From a virus: 64,000 nucleotides of DNA. The DNA lies in the IMG/VR virus record IMGVR_UViG_3300022745_000628, positions 1-64,000 of that record. One strand, given 5' to 3'. Positions 1-9,400 of this stretch are shown one piece after another (the first letter of the stretch is position 1; every line of letters starts with the position of its first letter). Below the pieces are notes generated by a model. It saw nothing but the letters and a program-made list of their open reading frames with translations. It did no database searches and was not told the DNA's origin. A program made the position numbers and the translations under genes.

Positions 1-38
1 TGGCTAGCGGATTACAAACAAATCAAAGGGGGGCAGAG

Positions 39-605
39 ATGACACCAGCGGAAGCGTGGGAACACGCTAAGGCTTTATGGCCGGATGCCGTGAAGATCGA
101 ACGCAATAAGTATGATACCTGCAACGTACATGACAACAAAGGACACTTATGCCGTGTTATCGCAATGCGGCAAATCGAATGGCCCGAAGGCATGACCGAA
201 TATCCGCCACCACAGAAGCTGTACCGACCAGCAATCATGCCGACTGTTGGTGAGTTTGTTGACTTCGGAAAGGAAGCTGAGTTTTCGGATGATGGATTCA
301 AATACACGACCTTTAAGGGGAAGATAGCTGGGTATCGACTAGATAATGAATATCACTGGCTTATTGAACCCACTGGAATGGGTAGGTTTTGCCGAATCCC
401 ACTCGGCCCTGAATGGCGAAGCATGGACACGGCTCCGAAAAATGGTACCGAAATCATGCTAATGATGGGCGGGAAGGAACTGCGAGGATATTTTAACGGT
501 ACGAGTTGGGTTTCTATACATTGTAAAGGATTACCAGAAATGGCATACGAATGGGATTGTGCCAATCAACCAGTAGCTTGGAAACCAATTGAGGAAAAAT
601 CATAA
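39..605 (+). CDS. Phage hypothetical protein with C-terminal DUF551-like (WRSMDTAPKNGT) segment
   Basis: 188-aa ORF; motif resembles the W-x-P-x-x-T-A-P-K-D-G-T phage family. Confidence 0.6.
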   Translation: MTPAEAWEHAKALWPDAVKIERNKYDTCNVHDNKGHLCRVIAMRQIEWPEGMTEYPPPQKLYRPAIMPTVGEFVDFGKEAEFSDDGFKYTTFKGKIAGYRLDNEYHWLIEPTGMGRFCRIPLGPEWRSMDTAPKNGTEIMLMMGGKELRGYFNGTSWVSIHCKGLPEMAYEWDCANQPVAWKPIEEKS

Positions 606-694
606 TGGAAGTCGTATTACTTCTTTTTTTCGTAACTTGTTACGTCGCTTTTAGTATGACTAACCCACGTGGAAGACGCAGAAGGTTGTGGTAA
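605..694 (+). CDS. 29-aa membrane microprotein (MEVVLLLFFVTCYVAFSMTNPRGRRRRLW)
   Basis: Manual translation; coupled to upstream TAA (TAATG); hydrophobic helix plus Arg-rich tail; similar to 3457..3546. Confidence 0.6.
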   Translation: MEVVLLLFFVTCYVAFSMTNPRGRRRRLW

Positions 695-695
695 G

Positions 696-935
696 ATGAA
701 AACTAACTTTGATTTCTACGACAACATATTAAACGTATGTTGGATACTCATGCTCACAGGACTTTTTATAACAGCAGTCGCTTCTACAACGCTTACTGCA
801 ACTAACAAATCCGATCCAGACATAGTACGGATTGAATTCGATAACCATAAATACATCCAATTCACAAAATCAAACAGTCTATTCGTGCTACACGATCCGG
901 ACTGCCGATGTCAAGGAAATAACGATGACAACTGA
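696..935 (+). CDS. Small membrane-anchored protein (ends LHDPDCRC)
   Basis: ORF 669..935, likely ATG 696; one TM helix; C-terminal H-x-P-x-C-x-C. Confidence 0.6.
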   Translation: MKTNFDFYDNILNVCWILMLTGLFITAVASTTLTATNKSDPDIVRIEFDNHKYIQFTKSNSLFVLHDPDCRCQGNNDDN

Positions 936-1365
936 ATACAACGGAAAAATGTACCGACCGTTTAACAATGCGGAAGAATTAGAGCCATATTTACACTTAT
1001 TTGTCCGAGCAAAAGATACGCCTAGCAATTACAGAACTAGGCGGTATCGAATATGTGCCTACGACGCGAACTCTGTGAAGTTGGAAGGGACGTGGAGTAC
1101 TTTCGGCGACTTATTCGGTCGAATCGAGTTCGCAGATGGAACGCCATTTGGCATATTAGTCGAGCCAAAATGGCGTCCCGCCACACAAGCTGACGTAACA
1201 GTGCCGCCTAAGACTTGCAGGGTACGGCAAGCAGATAACGACCAATGGAAACCCTATAGGCGACTCGTATATATATACAACACCGATTCTGAGAATAAAT
1301 ATCTAACAATCAACCCAAATGACAACGCTCAAGCAAATTGGAAATACTGCGAGGTGATGGAATAA
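925..1365 (+). CDS. YRPF-family paralog 1
   Basis: YNGKMYRPF..FADGTPFG..KWRPATQADV..WKYCEV; ATG 925 after AAGGA. Confidence 0.8.
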   Translation: MTTEYNGKMYRPFNNAEELEPYLHLFVRAKDTPSNYRTRRYRICAYDANSVKLEGTWSTFGDLFGRIEFADGTPFGILVEPKWRPATQADVTVPPKTCRVRQADNDQWKPYRRLVYIYNTDSENKYLTINPNDNAQANWKYCEVME

Positions 1366-1781
1366 TGCAATATCGAGGTCTGATGTATCGGCCGTTTAAG
1401 AATGCCGCTGAGTATGCCCAGTGCGCGAAATCACCAGTGTTTTTGATACAACCGCAGGCTACCTCTTTTAATTTTGAGGTTCAGCACGCAGAAGACGGTG
1501 GCATAACTACGTTCATGAATTATACATGGATGTTAGCAAATTGTACTTTTGAAAATGGTACGCCATTTGGGATAGTAGAAGGTAAGTTTAGAGCCGCTAC
1601 GGCTGCCGATGTAGGAATGCCATGCCGAGCTAGAGGTAGCAGTACCGGGGCGTGGCGAGAAAATTTAAAGCTGGTACACGTTAGAAAATTATCCGGAAAT
1701 AACGGTCAATTTGTAGTTGTGGATACGGATACCGAGGACGAACTCTGTCAAGGGTATCATTACTGCGAGGTATTGGAATGA
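1365..1781 (+). CDS. YRPF-family paralog 2
   Basis: YRGLMYRPF..FENGTPFG..KFRAATAADV..YHYCEV; TAATG coupling. Confidence 0.8.
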   Translation: MQYRGLMYRPFKNAAEYAQCAKSPVFLIQPQATSFNFEVQHAEDGGITTFMNYTWMLANCTFENGTPFGIVEGKFRAATAADVGMPCRARGSSTGAWRENLKLVHVRKLSGNNGQFVVVDTDTEDELCQGYHYCEVLE

Positions 1782-2212
1782 CAATGCAAATTGAATACAG
1801 CGGCAAAAAGTATCGCCCATTCAAAAACGATGAGGAATTCAAACCACATCGCGATAAATGGGTGCGAAATCTTACGCCGTATGACGAATTGTTGCGGATC
1901 GGGTGCATAGGAAGGGGCGGCGTTACCATAGGAGGTAAGTCCTTTACCTGGGCGTGTCTATTTATGAGTGCCAAATTCGAAGATGGTAGCCCATGCGGCG
2001 TAGTAGACGAGCCGAAATGGCGACCGGCTACGCAAGATGATGTAACATCGCCGCCTAAGATTTGCAGGGTACGTGATTCGACTAACGAGCAGTGGAAGTC
2101 CGGTAGACTGCTTGTTTATATGTACCCAGAAGATGCGTTTGTTAAGTTTGTAACAATAAACCCGAGTGCCCGGACTCACGCAAATTGGGTGTACTGCGAG
2201 GTGCTGGAGTGA
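1778..2212 (+). CDS. YRPF-family paralog 3
   Basis: YSGKKYRPF..FEDGSPCG..KWRPATQDDV..WVYCEV; ATGA coupling. Confidence 0.8.
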   Translation: MTMQIEYSGKKYRPFKNDEEFKPHRDKWVRNLTPYDELLRIGCIGRGGVTIGGKSFTWACLFMSAKFEDGSPCGVVDEPKWRPATQDDVTSPPKICRVRDSTNEQWKSGRLLVYMYPEDAFVKFVTINPSARTHANWVYCEVLE

Positions 2213-2394
2213 CGGTACCGCATGTATCTGCGTTACGGACCGAAATATCGCGGCAATGTAAAGAAATTGCAGACTCAAAAGTCAGAACCTCGCATCCGAG
2301 CACGTTATGCGAGACGACTTCGTTTAAATTGCCAGAGGTGGTGCTAGCGCAGATACGCGAGATAATCAAGAAACGTCGGGCGCAGAATGAGTGA
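2185..2394 (+). CDS. Small hypothetical protein, possible ribbon-helix-helix DNA binder
   Basis: C-terminal TTSFKLPEVVLAQIREI resembles RHH strand-helix; start uncertain. Confidence 0.35.
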   Translation: MGVLRGAGVTVPHVSALRTEISRQCKEIADSKVRTSHPSTLCETTSFKLPEVVLAQIREIIKKRRAQNE

Positions 2395-2737
2395 AACTCG
2401 GTTTACACCCGGCCCGTGGCGCGTAGCAAATAATGGCCGAGCAGTGTTAGCTGGCTCGGTAAAAATAAATCAATCGAGCGGCAACGGATCAGCGCAATCG
2501 AGCGAAGTAGCTAAGCATAATCAGACTATGCTGGAAGCGAACGCTAATTTAATGGCTTCGTCTCCCGAGTTGTACGATTGCCTGGAGTTTGCACTGGAAT
2601 ATATGGTAGAGGCGGAGCAAGATCGTAAACACTGGGATAGATATCCGGCTACAAAGGGGTACGCGCATTTACAAGATTTGCGCAATTATATTAATAAAGC
2701 AACAGACGCACTTAAAAAAGCTAGAGGCGAAACATGA
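2387..2737 (+). CDS. Phage hypothetical protein (TPGPW..ANANLMASSPEL family)
   Basis: Matches the common phage pattern TPGPW...ANARLIAAAP. Confidence 0.7.
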   Translation: MSETRFTPGPWRVANNGRAVLAGSVKINQSSGNGSAQSSEVAKHNQTMLEANANLMASSPELYDCLEFALEYMVEAEQDRKHWDRYPATKGYAHLQDLRNYINKATDALKKARGET

Positions 2738-2979
2738 AAATCGAACACGAGTTGATCGGCGTCACGCTTCCGGTAAAAACGTTAGAGATGTTGGCGGAAG
2801 CATCAATGCTGGATTTACACGACGATAACGGTCCAGGCCACGTCGAGTGTCCTATCTGCGCGCAAACTATAGCGATGCTGTGGAAACAAGGGCAGCGATT
2901 TGACGATCCGGACGACATCGCGCATCTAGAATATTGCCCGATACGGCAGAGTCGGCTGCTGTTAGGTTATGAAATCTAG
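2734..2979 (+). CDS. Small putative Zn-binding protein
   Basis: CPIC...H-x-x-x-CPI; ATGA coupling. Confidence 0.55.
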   Translation: MKIEHELIGVTLPVKTLEMLAEASMLDLHDDNGPGHVECPICAQTIAMLWKQGQRFDDPDDIAHLEYCPIRQSRLLLGYEI

Positions 2980-3074
2980 CTGCCAAGCGTACTTACCTTT
3001 ATTTTCTGGATATTGCTGTCCATAACGCTAGTGGTGCTTTACATGGTTTTTACAACAGATAGAAAAGGGGCTTA

Positions 3075-3422
3075 ATGGCAATCGAATTTGATAAAAACCC
3101 GTGTGTTGATATTATCAACATATGGATGGAGAAAATCTACCCCTGGTATCGAGGTGTCGTGCTGGAGATAGATTCTTGGGGGAGCGAGGATCCTAGACTA
3201 GACAATGCTTCTTACTGGGTAATCTTCAAAACGCAATCCGGTAAAATTTTCCATGTATCGCTTAAGCGATCGGGAATAGCTGGTGGTGACTACGAGGTTG
3301 GTCAAATAGAGCCCACACAATCCAATTTCCAGAACGGTTACGATCGCAATAGTCCGGCTGCACAGTGGATTGAAGGTGTTTTACGAAACAAGAAACGCAA
3401 TGATGCTGGGGAGTTACTATGA
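3075..3422 (+). CDS. Hypothetical protein
   Basis: 115-aa ORF after GGGG RBS-like sequence. Confidence 0.6.
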   Translation: MAIEFDKNPCVDIINIWMEKIYPWYRGVVLEIDSWGSEDPRLDNASYWVIFKTQSGKIFHVSLKRSGIAGGDYEVGQIEPTQSNFQNGYDRNSPAAQWIEGVLRNKKRNDAGELL

Positions 3423-3456
3423 ACGCAGTAACGCCGCAGAAAGGTGTAGGTAAATC

Positions 3457-3546
3457 GTGGACGTGATAGCGATTTTGATATTGTTCGCTTGTCTATGGAT
3501 ATTCACGCCGTTGGGGTCTAAAAATCGCGGGCGTAGGCGCTGGTAA
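3457..3546 (+). CDS. 29-aa membrane microprotein (MDVIAILILFACLWIFTPLGSKNRGRRRW)
   Basis: Manual translation, GTG start; same length and RGRRR-W tail as 605..694. Confidence 0.55.
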   Translation: MDVIAILILFACLWIFTPLGSKNRGRRRW

Positions 3547-3698
3547 AAACTAGTGTCGAAAGTTGGCGACCTACTTAACGTGTAGGTAGCGAATTAGCAT
3601 AATCTTTCTCTAAACCAATAATATCGCAAGCACACGCTTGTACTAACTTCTGTTTCAGGCCAGTTATTACGACAACCATACAAGGTCAAAGATTGATC

Positions 3699-4049
3699 AT
3701 GGGCACAAATTTTGCAAAACAGTATGCCATGTTGGCCATTACGGCTAAAAAGTTGGCGAAAGCTGAAATCCGTTACTTTGTGTTTGCGGATAAACGACCA
3801 AGTGGAGATTTCTTAGCCACTAAGCAGGCTATGGAGCGGGACTTGCGCAGGCAAATCACGCCGGAAGAACTATCTTGTTTGTCTTTGACTAGGATGTATC
3901 CCCTAGTTCCGAAACTGCATTCGGAGGCAGTTGGTGAGGTAAATGCGCGGTTATTCCCAGACGGTAACGATCTCGGCGATTTCGTTGGTTGGGAGCGACT
4001 GGCCACCACATTGGAGGAGTTGGCAGCTCTAAAAGCTGTCGCAATGTAA
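3699..4049 (+). CDS. Hypothetical protein, paralog of 14446..14805
   Basis: Shared LSLTR-x-Y...FP[DN]G...G-x-[FY]-x-x-WE. Confidence 0.7.
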   Translation: MGTNFAKQYAMLAITAKKLAKAEIRYFVFADKRPSGDFLATKQAMERDLRRQITPEELSCLSLTRMYPLVPKLHSEAVGEVNARLFPDGNDLGDFVGWERLATTLEELAALKAVAM

Positions 4050-4148
4050 TAATTTCGCCGATATAGGCGAACATACCGCCGTTTTTGAATCAGACCCTTA
4101 CAAAAACGACGTATTATTTTCAAGGGCAAATCGAAATCAAACTAGGAT

Positions 4149-4898
4149 TTGAAAATGGAAACACAATGTGCTACACAGCAACCAACTGCCATCATAGGAA
4201 TCAAGCTCATTGAGCTTAATGGTTTGCAGTTGATGCGATTACAGGCGTATTTGGCAAACGAACGGATCAGCTACGCATTGCAAGATGTCGGTACCGCCGA
4301 CTGCGCAGTTGCTGCAGCTCCGACGGCATGCGTTGACCATATGGCGCATATTCCGAAGGTCACCGCTCGACCAGTTACGCGTGTGGTAGGCAGCGCTCCT
4401 AAAAAAGCGCCGTCTGTTTTAACAGTCGGATCGACGCCGCATAAAGTTTCGGCGACGGTGACGACGCAACCTTTGAAGCGCCCTTCTTTTAAGAAGCGGG
4501 TCAAAAGACCGTCCAGGTATCTGACGATGGAGCAATTTGTGCAGCAAGACGCGGCGCGTACCGACTCCAATCCCGGATATGAAAAGATTACGTTTGCGCC
4601 GAACGCCACGTTTAATCGTGCCGAAGTCGTGCGACGGTTCAAACTGATTTTTCCAGCATTGGGGGTCAATCTAACTACTCCGGCCAAACGCGCCGGATTG
4701 GGCCCAAATGCTTTGCATAACTTCAAGGCTCCGGGCGGTCCGACTGTGCAAGCGCGAGCGGTCGCAGGTATTTTGCGTACTTTCCGAGAGTACAACGGTT
4801 ACTTGCAAATGCACGGCTGGCAAATGCTGACTGGTAGCCGCGAAGAGTTCGAATTTCATTTCGACGAGTACCTGAAGAGTCTGCCTAAGGCAGAATAG
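4149..4898 (+). CDS. Hypothetical protein with possible C-terminal HTH-like domain
   Basis: 249 aa; LTTPAKRAGLGPNALHNF resembles an XRE-type HTH. Confidence 0.6.
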   Translation: MKMETQCATQQPTAIIGIKLIELNGLQLMRLQAYLANERISYALQDVGTADCAVAAAPTACVDHMAHIPKVTARPVTRVVGSAPKKAPSVLTVGSTPHKVSATVTTQPLKRPSFKKRVKRPSRYLTMEQFVQQDAARTDSNPGYEKITFAPNATFNRAEVVRRFKLIFPALGVNLTTPAKRAGLGPNALHNFKAPGGPTVQARAVAGILRTFREYNGYLQMHGWQMLTGSREEFEFHFDEYLKSLPKAE

Positions 4899-4906
4899 TC
4901 AGCGTA

Positions 4907-5020
4907 CTGGTTGTCGAGTAATCTCGACTACATGATTTACTGTATTGGTAAGCGTGTAGTCGAGATCAGGACCAGATAAATTGGTTAATGTTAAAGTAAG
5001 TGGGGAATACTTACTTTAAC
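4907..5020 (+). promoter_or_regulatory. Structured leader with alternative hairpins
   Basis: 4921-4934 pairs with 4953-4966; 4913-4918 can alternatively pair with 4923-4928; perfect 12-bp stem 4990-5001/5009-5020 abuts the GAGG RBS of 5031. Confidence 0.5.
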
Positions 5021-5030
5021 GAGGCTGGCC

Positions 5031-5525
5031 ATGAACTGGTTAATGATAGTGCTGTTGTGTGTGTGCGGAGATGTGCGTAAACAGGATGTTGAGTTTCGAG
5101 TGGATATGCTCGAGTTACATCATTTTGTAGCGGCTGGCGACGGCCGGTTGGCGTATGTTCAAGTAATTGCTTGGCAATGCTTGCCGGAGGACGGCAAATT
5201 TAGGGCATTAGGTTTTAAGTTGGTGCCCAATGATCCCGAGTCGCGAGATAATAGTACGCTTGGGCGACCTACGCGTACTCCGGATGGCGGCGCTACCTTT
5301 AAATACTTACAGAGAGTAAACGGTAAGCCGATTATAGTGACCGTCCGCAGCAAATTGTATAAAGAATCCGTGTCTTCAGACGATCCGGAGCGTATAGATA
5401 GTAGGAATTTCTGGAAACCGAGATGGTTCAATGTTTTTGAGGATTTCGGAAAACCAGGTGTAATCGATTATGAATTGGAAACAGAAGCGCCACCAGTGTG
5501 GGACATGCTTTTAAATAGGGAATGA
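5031..5525 (+). CDS. Putative exported protein
   Basis: Hydrophobic N-terminus MNWLMIVLLCVC. Confidence 0.65.
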   Translation: MNWLMIVLLCVCGDVRKQDVEFRVDMLELHHFVAAGDGRLAYVQVIAWQCLPEDGKFRALGFKLVPNDPESRDNSTLGRPTRTPDGGATFKYLQRVNGKPIIVTVRSKLYKESVSSDDPERIDSRNFWKPRWFNVFEDFGKPGVIDYELETEAPPVWDMLLNRE

Positions 5526-5836
5526 TTGCGATGTGGTTGTTATTTATTTCTGGATGCGATTCTCCGACAGTAAAAGTTATTCCGTTTGCGGAAGCTATGC
5601 AATTGCTACCTAACAATGCAGTTGTGCCAAGCACAACGCAGTTGTTCGAGACTTCTGTGCAGGATAAGTACGTGTGTTGGATAGCAGACCGCGTCGAGAA
5701 GCCGGCGGCCAAGGTCTTACACACCTTGACCGATTTGTTCGAGACGCATGAGACGCCGTATCCACGGCTATTAGCTGAAGCTGTCGTCAGTTCGTTAGCG
5801 ACAGAAGGTTTTGAAATCAATAGTCGGAAGGACTAA
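5522..5836 (+). CDS. Putative lipoprotein
   Basis: Short signal with lipobox-like ISGC. Confidence 0.5.
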   Translation: MIAMWLLFISGCDSPTVKVIPFAEAMQLLPNNAVVPSTTQLFETSVQDKYVCWIADRVEKPAAKVLHTLTDLFETHETPYPRLLAEAVVSSLATEGFEINSRKD

Positions 5837-6320
5837 TATCGTGGAAAATTTTGCGCGACGATTGCAATTAAGCGGCCCAGGGCGAATGCAGGTTTTATTT
5901 GCGTGGGCCCTGCTGCTGGTAGCGTTGGTTTTGGACATGCTGCAATGGCTTGGACCGGTTAAGTTCTTGTTGGTGACTTTGTCGCCGATATTCTACTTGT
6001 TCGGTGTTGTGAACATACTGACCTATCAATATAAGCTCGGACCGCAGACGTTTTGCAAAAACGTGATAGTGCCGCAAACACTTATATGCGTGTTCGTGAT
6101 GATTTTTTTACGGCTGTCCCGAAGTGTCGACTTGTCGCCACAATTATTTTGGCTGTACGCCTACGCCGCGTGTTTGGACTGGCATGCCATAATTCGTAAG
6201 CTGGCAGATTCTAAAGAGTTTGTGGCCTACGACGAGCCTTTGCCAGAATTACCGGCTGATTCGCCGATTGAGGCTGCAGTTGTGGACGCGCCCAGCTCTG
6301 CTCCGCCTACGATTAATTGA
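5811..6320 (+). CDS. Multi-pass membrane protein
   Basis: About 4 hydrophobic segments; followed by terminator. Confidence 0.65.
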   Translation: MKSIVGRTNIVENFARRLQLSGPGRMQVLFAWALLLVALVLDMLQWLGPVKFLLVTLSPIFYLFGVVNILTYQYKLGPQTFCKNVIVPQTLICVFVMIFLRLSRSVDLSPQLFWLYAYAACLDWHAIIRKLADSKEFVAYDEPLPELPADSPIEAAVVDAPSSAPPTIN

Positions 6321-6343
6321 TTAATTCAATAGAAATCTAACTA

Positions 6344-6371
6344 ATCCGTGGCCGCCGCCGCGGATTTTTTT
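6344..6371 (+). terminator. Intrinsic terminator
   Basis: ATCCGTGG/CCGCGGAT stem followed by T run. Confidence 0.65.
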
Positions 6372-6394
6372 AGCTATTCGCGATCTTCTATAAT
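6371..6394 (+). promoter_or_regulatory. Putative class-II promoter TAGCTA-N12-TATAAT
   Basis: Same spacing as TAGCTA-N12-TAGAAT at 50236-50259. Confidence 0.4.
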
Positions 6395-6416
6395 GAAGGA
6401 AGATCCGTAATACCCT

Positions 6417-9400
6417 TTGCAGTTCGTTAGCGCTAGCCAAATGCCCAACACTTCTATCAATTTTGGACCGTCGAACGACATTCTAGATAAACGTTATTTA
6501 ACGTCTGTCAGTGTAAGCGACTGGGGTCGTACCGCATTCGCGACCGGCCTAGATTTAACATGGTATATGCGTTGCATGGTACGTGTGCAGCGCGGGCTGG
6601 TGAATGACGGCCATGTTCCGTTGTTCGGAACTCGCCAATATTCTGGCGGAACTAATCAGGGCTTTAATTGCTTGTATTTTGGGCCGAATGCTCCGGAAAC
6701 GGCTTTTCGCAACAGGTACGTGTTTTTCGGTTTGGATTCGTTAGGCGCAGGATTAGGTGCTGTAGATTACCAGGATACCTGGGAAAACATGAGTACGCCC
6801 AAATGGCAGTGGGGCGCCAGATCCGCTGAGATATTGGATGACGATCCGCGCTTACTTGTCTGGTTTTACCGGCTGCTTTCCGATAATTCGCCAGATCCGT
6901 CGACTCGAACAGAGATATGGACATGGAAACCGGGCGATTCGACATATGAACAAGGCGATGTGATTGATAATTATTTCAATCGGGCAACCGCTGGATCCTT
7001 ATCAGAGCCTATGTATTTTGGTACGGATTATTGGACCGGCAATCGCTTTTTCCCAGGCGAGCTAGGGCAATTTGAAGCAAGCTTAGCGGATTCCGATTCG
7101 CTGAATATGCTGACGACTGCAATTAAACCAAGAGCTTGGGTGCAGGGGCATCGCGTATTGCAAACCGTGGATTCCGGTATTCGTGTGGCGCGCCAGTTAA
7201 GCGGCCCAACGGATTTAGCGGCTTCGCCAGATCCTAACGGTCTGACTGACGGGAAACCGGCATTGGTATGGTCCAACAATAATCAAGGTGGGACCGGATC
7301 TACCCTGTCTGGCGGTGAATTTAATTATGCTTACACCGCGGCATATGGACCAAATTTCGTGTTTATAAGCGAAAACCATGGCATAACGCTCAGACCTAAC
7401 CGAGTTACTGTGTCGGTTATGAGTTTGGCTAACGGTATGCCGTCGGATACGGTTATTAAAGTACGGCTGATTAATGCGCAAACTAATGACATTCTCGAAT
7501 CGTCGTTTGTGCCGGACTTTGTTGCGACTGTACCTAGTGAGAACACTATAGATTTTCTAACAGTTCCAAACGGGTATTACACTGTTCAGGCTGGTCGCAG
7601 TTCCACATCTATTCTTTACGGCGGCGAGTTTGTAGGTAAACAGTTATTTCAGGTTAGTGACAGTACTACACAGGGAGAAGCCTCGCGTACAGCGAACACG
7701 AGCATACTATTTTCTGGATCTAGTACAGTATTAAACGGTCCGCAGCTGCAGTATTGGGCAGATAGTTTGAGCGTTTCAGACTCGGCTAGCCTAGCTTTCA
7801 TGGCGCGCCCGAATCGATCAAAGTTGAGCGGTGTAGACGGCGCACCCACTTCAGCTACGGTGTTTGGCACGCAAGCGCATACCGGTACAAGCGAAGGGAT
7901 CTGTTGTAAATACTTTGGTCCTAACGCGGTAGAGACCGGGTACCGTAACAGATTCTGTATTTTTGCGCGTGACTATGCTGGCGGATATCTTGGGTATTAC
8001 GATGCGACTGGTTCTGCAGCGTCAGGTACTCTGCGCGCAATACGTTCGGCAGAAATTACAGACGATGCGCCTAGACACGTATTTCTAAACATTACTAAAA
8101 CCGGATCGTCGACTTACGAGTGTTCAATTGAAACTCGTAAGACAGACGGAAGCAGCGTGGAAACTGGCGATACTGTAACAGTTAACTTTGCCGGGCTTCG
8201 TACAGGGTCGGCTGTGCTGACTGTTGGTAGTTACACAGGTGCGTCTTCTAGCGCGGCTAGCAATTTCTGGTACGGCGAGATCAGCGACTTAATGTTTTCA
8301 GAGCTCTCCAATGACGATTGGGCGCGTGAAAACATGGTTGGCGGCGATAAAACGTATTGGACGGCGGGAGATCCCATTCTGTACCGACCGTTTACAACGC
8401 CTGACGATCTAAGTTCTGGGGCTATTTCAGACACGTACCCGAACTTTACATGGGCCGGTACCCACGGGGCATTAGGATCTTCGTTAACTGGGCGATCTAT
8501 CGGACAGCACAGATTCTTCAGCTTAAACGAGTATTCTGATGGGCAAGTGGTAAGTTGCGACAGCAGTTCGTTTACTGTCAACGGGTATTTCGACATTAAT
8601 ACCAGTGCCACGTATTACATAACTGTGCGACTTCGATCCGTAACCGTGCCTACCCGGATTTATACCCGGATAGTAGCCATTTCCGGCACAACACCTGGGC
8701 CGTGGGAAGTCACGTTTGCGAACACCGGCTCGGAAGTAATTGCGCAAGACTGGTATACCGTCACAGCTTCGATAGATTCGCTAGGAGCCAATCAGCAATA
8801 CAGTTGCACATCCACGCGGCGTATAGGTGTTGGGCACAGAATATGGGTATTCGGCGACGAAATATTGCGCAACACGTTCTTATACAACAACTCTCCATTG
8901 CCACACGCACGGCTTGGAAATGTGACGCATACGTATATGCCGGCACTAGCAGGCCTAGCTACGCCGTCATATGGCAAATACAGCTCTGTGTTGACGACTA
9001 CAGGCAACAATGCGTATATGACGGAGATCACTGGGCGCATTAACGCAATGTTGGCGTTAACTCCAGGTACAACGCCGCCACCTGTCGAGCTCGTTTGGCT
9101 GGCCACGCAGGGCGACAGTCTTACAAATTGGTTGGGAGACGCGCGTAGCGCTGAAGGTAACGGCTCTGGGTCGTACCTTATAAGCGATATCGCTGCTGCG
9201 TTAGCTGATCATTCTGCGTTGTGTTCTATGTTTATACATGCACACAGCCATATGAGCGATGTTGACGTGGCTGCGGACTTTGGCAGCGGATTTAAAGCAC
9301 AGTTGGATGAGTTGTATACAGGTCCGACCGGGCTGATTCAGGTGGTACCTAATATTTCAAGAGTGTCAGTCGTGGGCGCGGCCAGACGTTCTCCAGAAGT

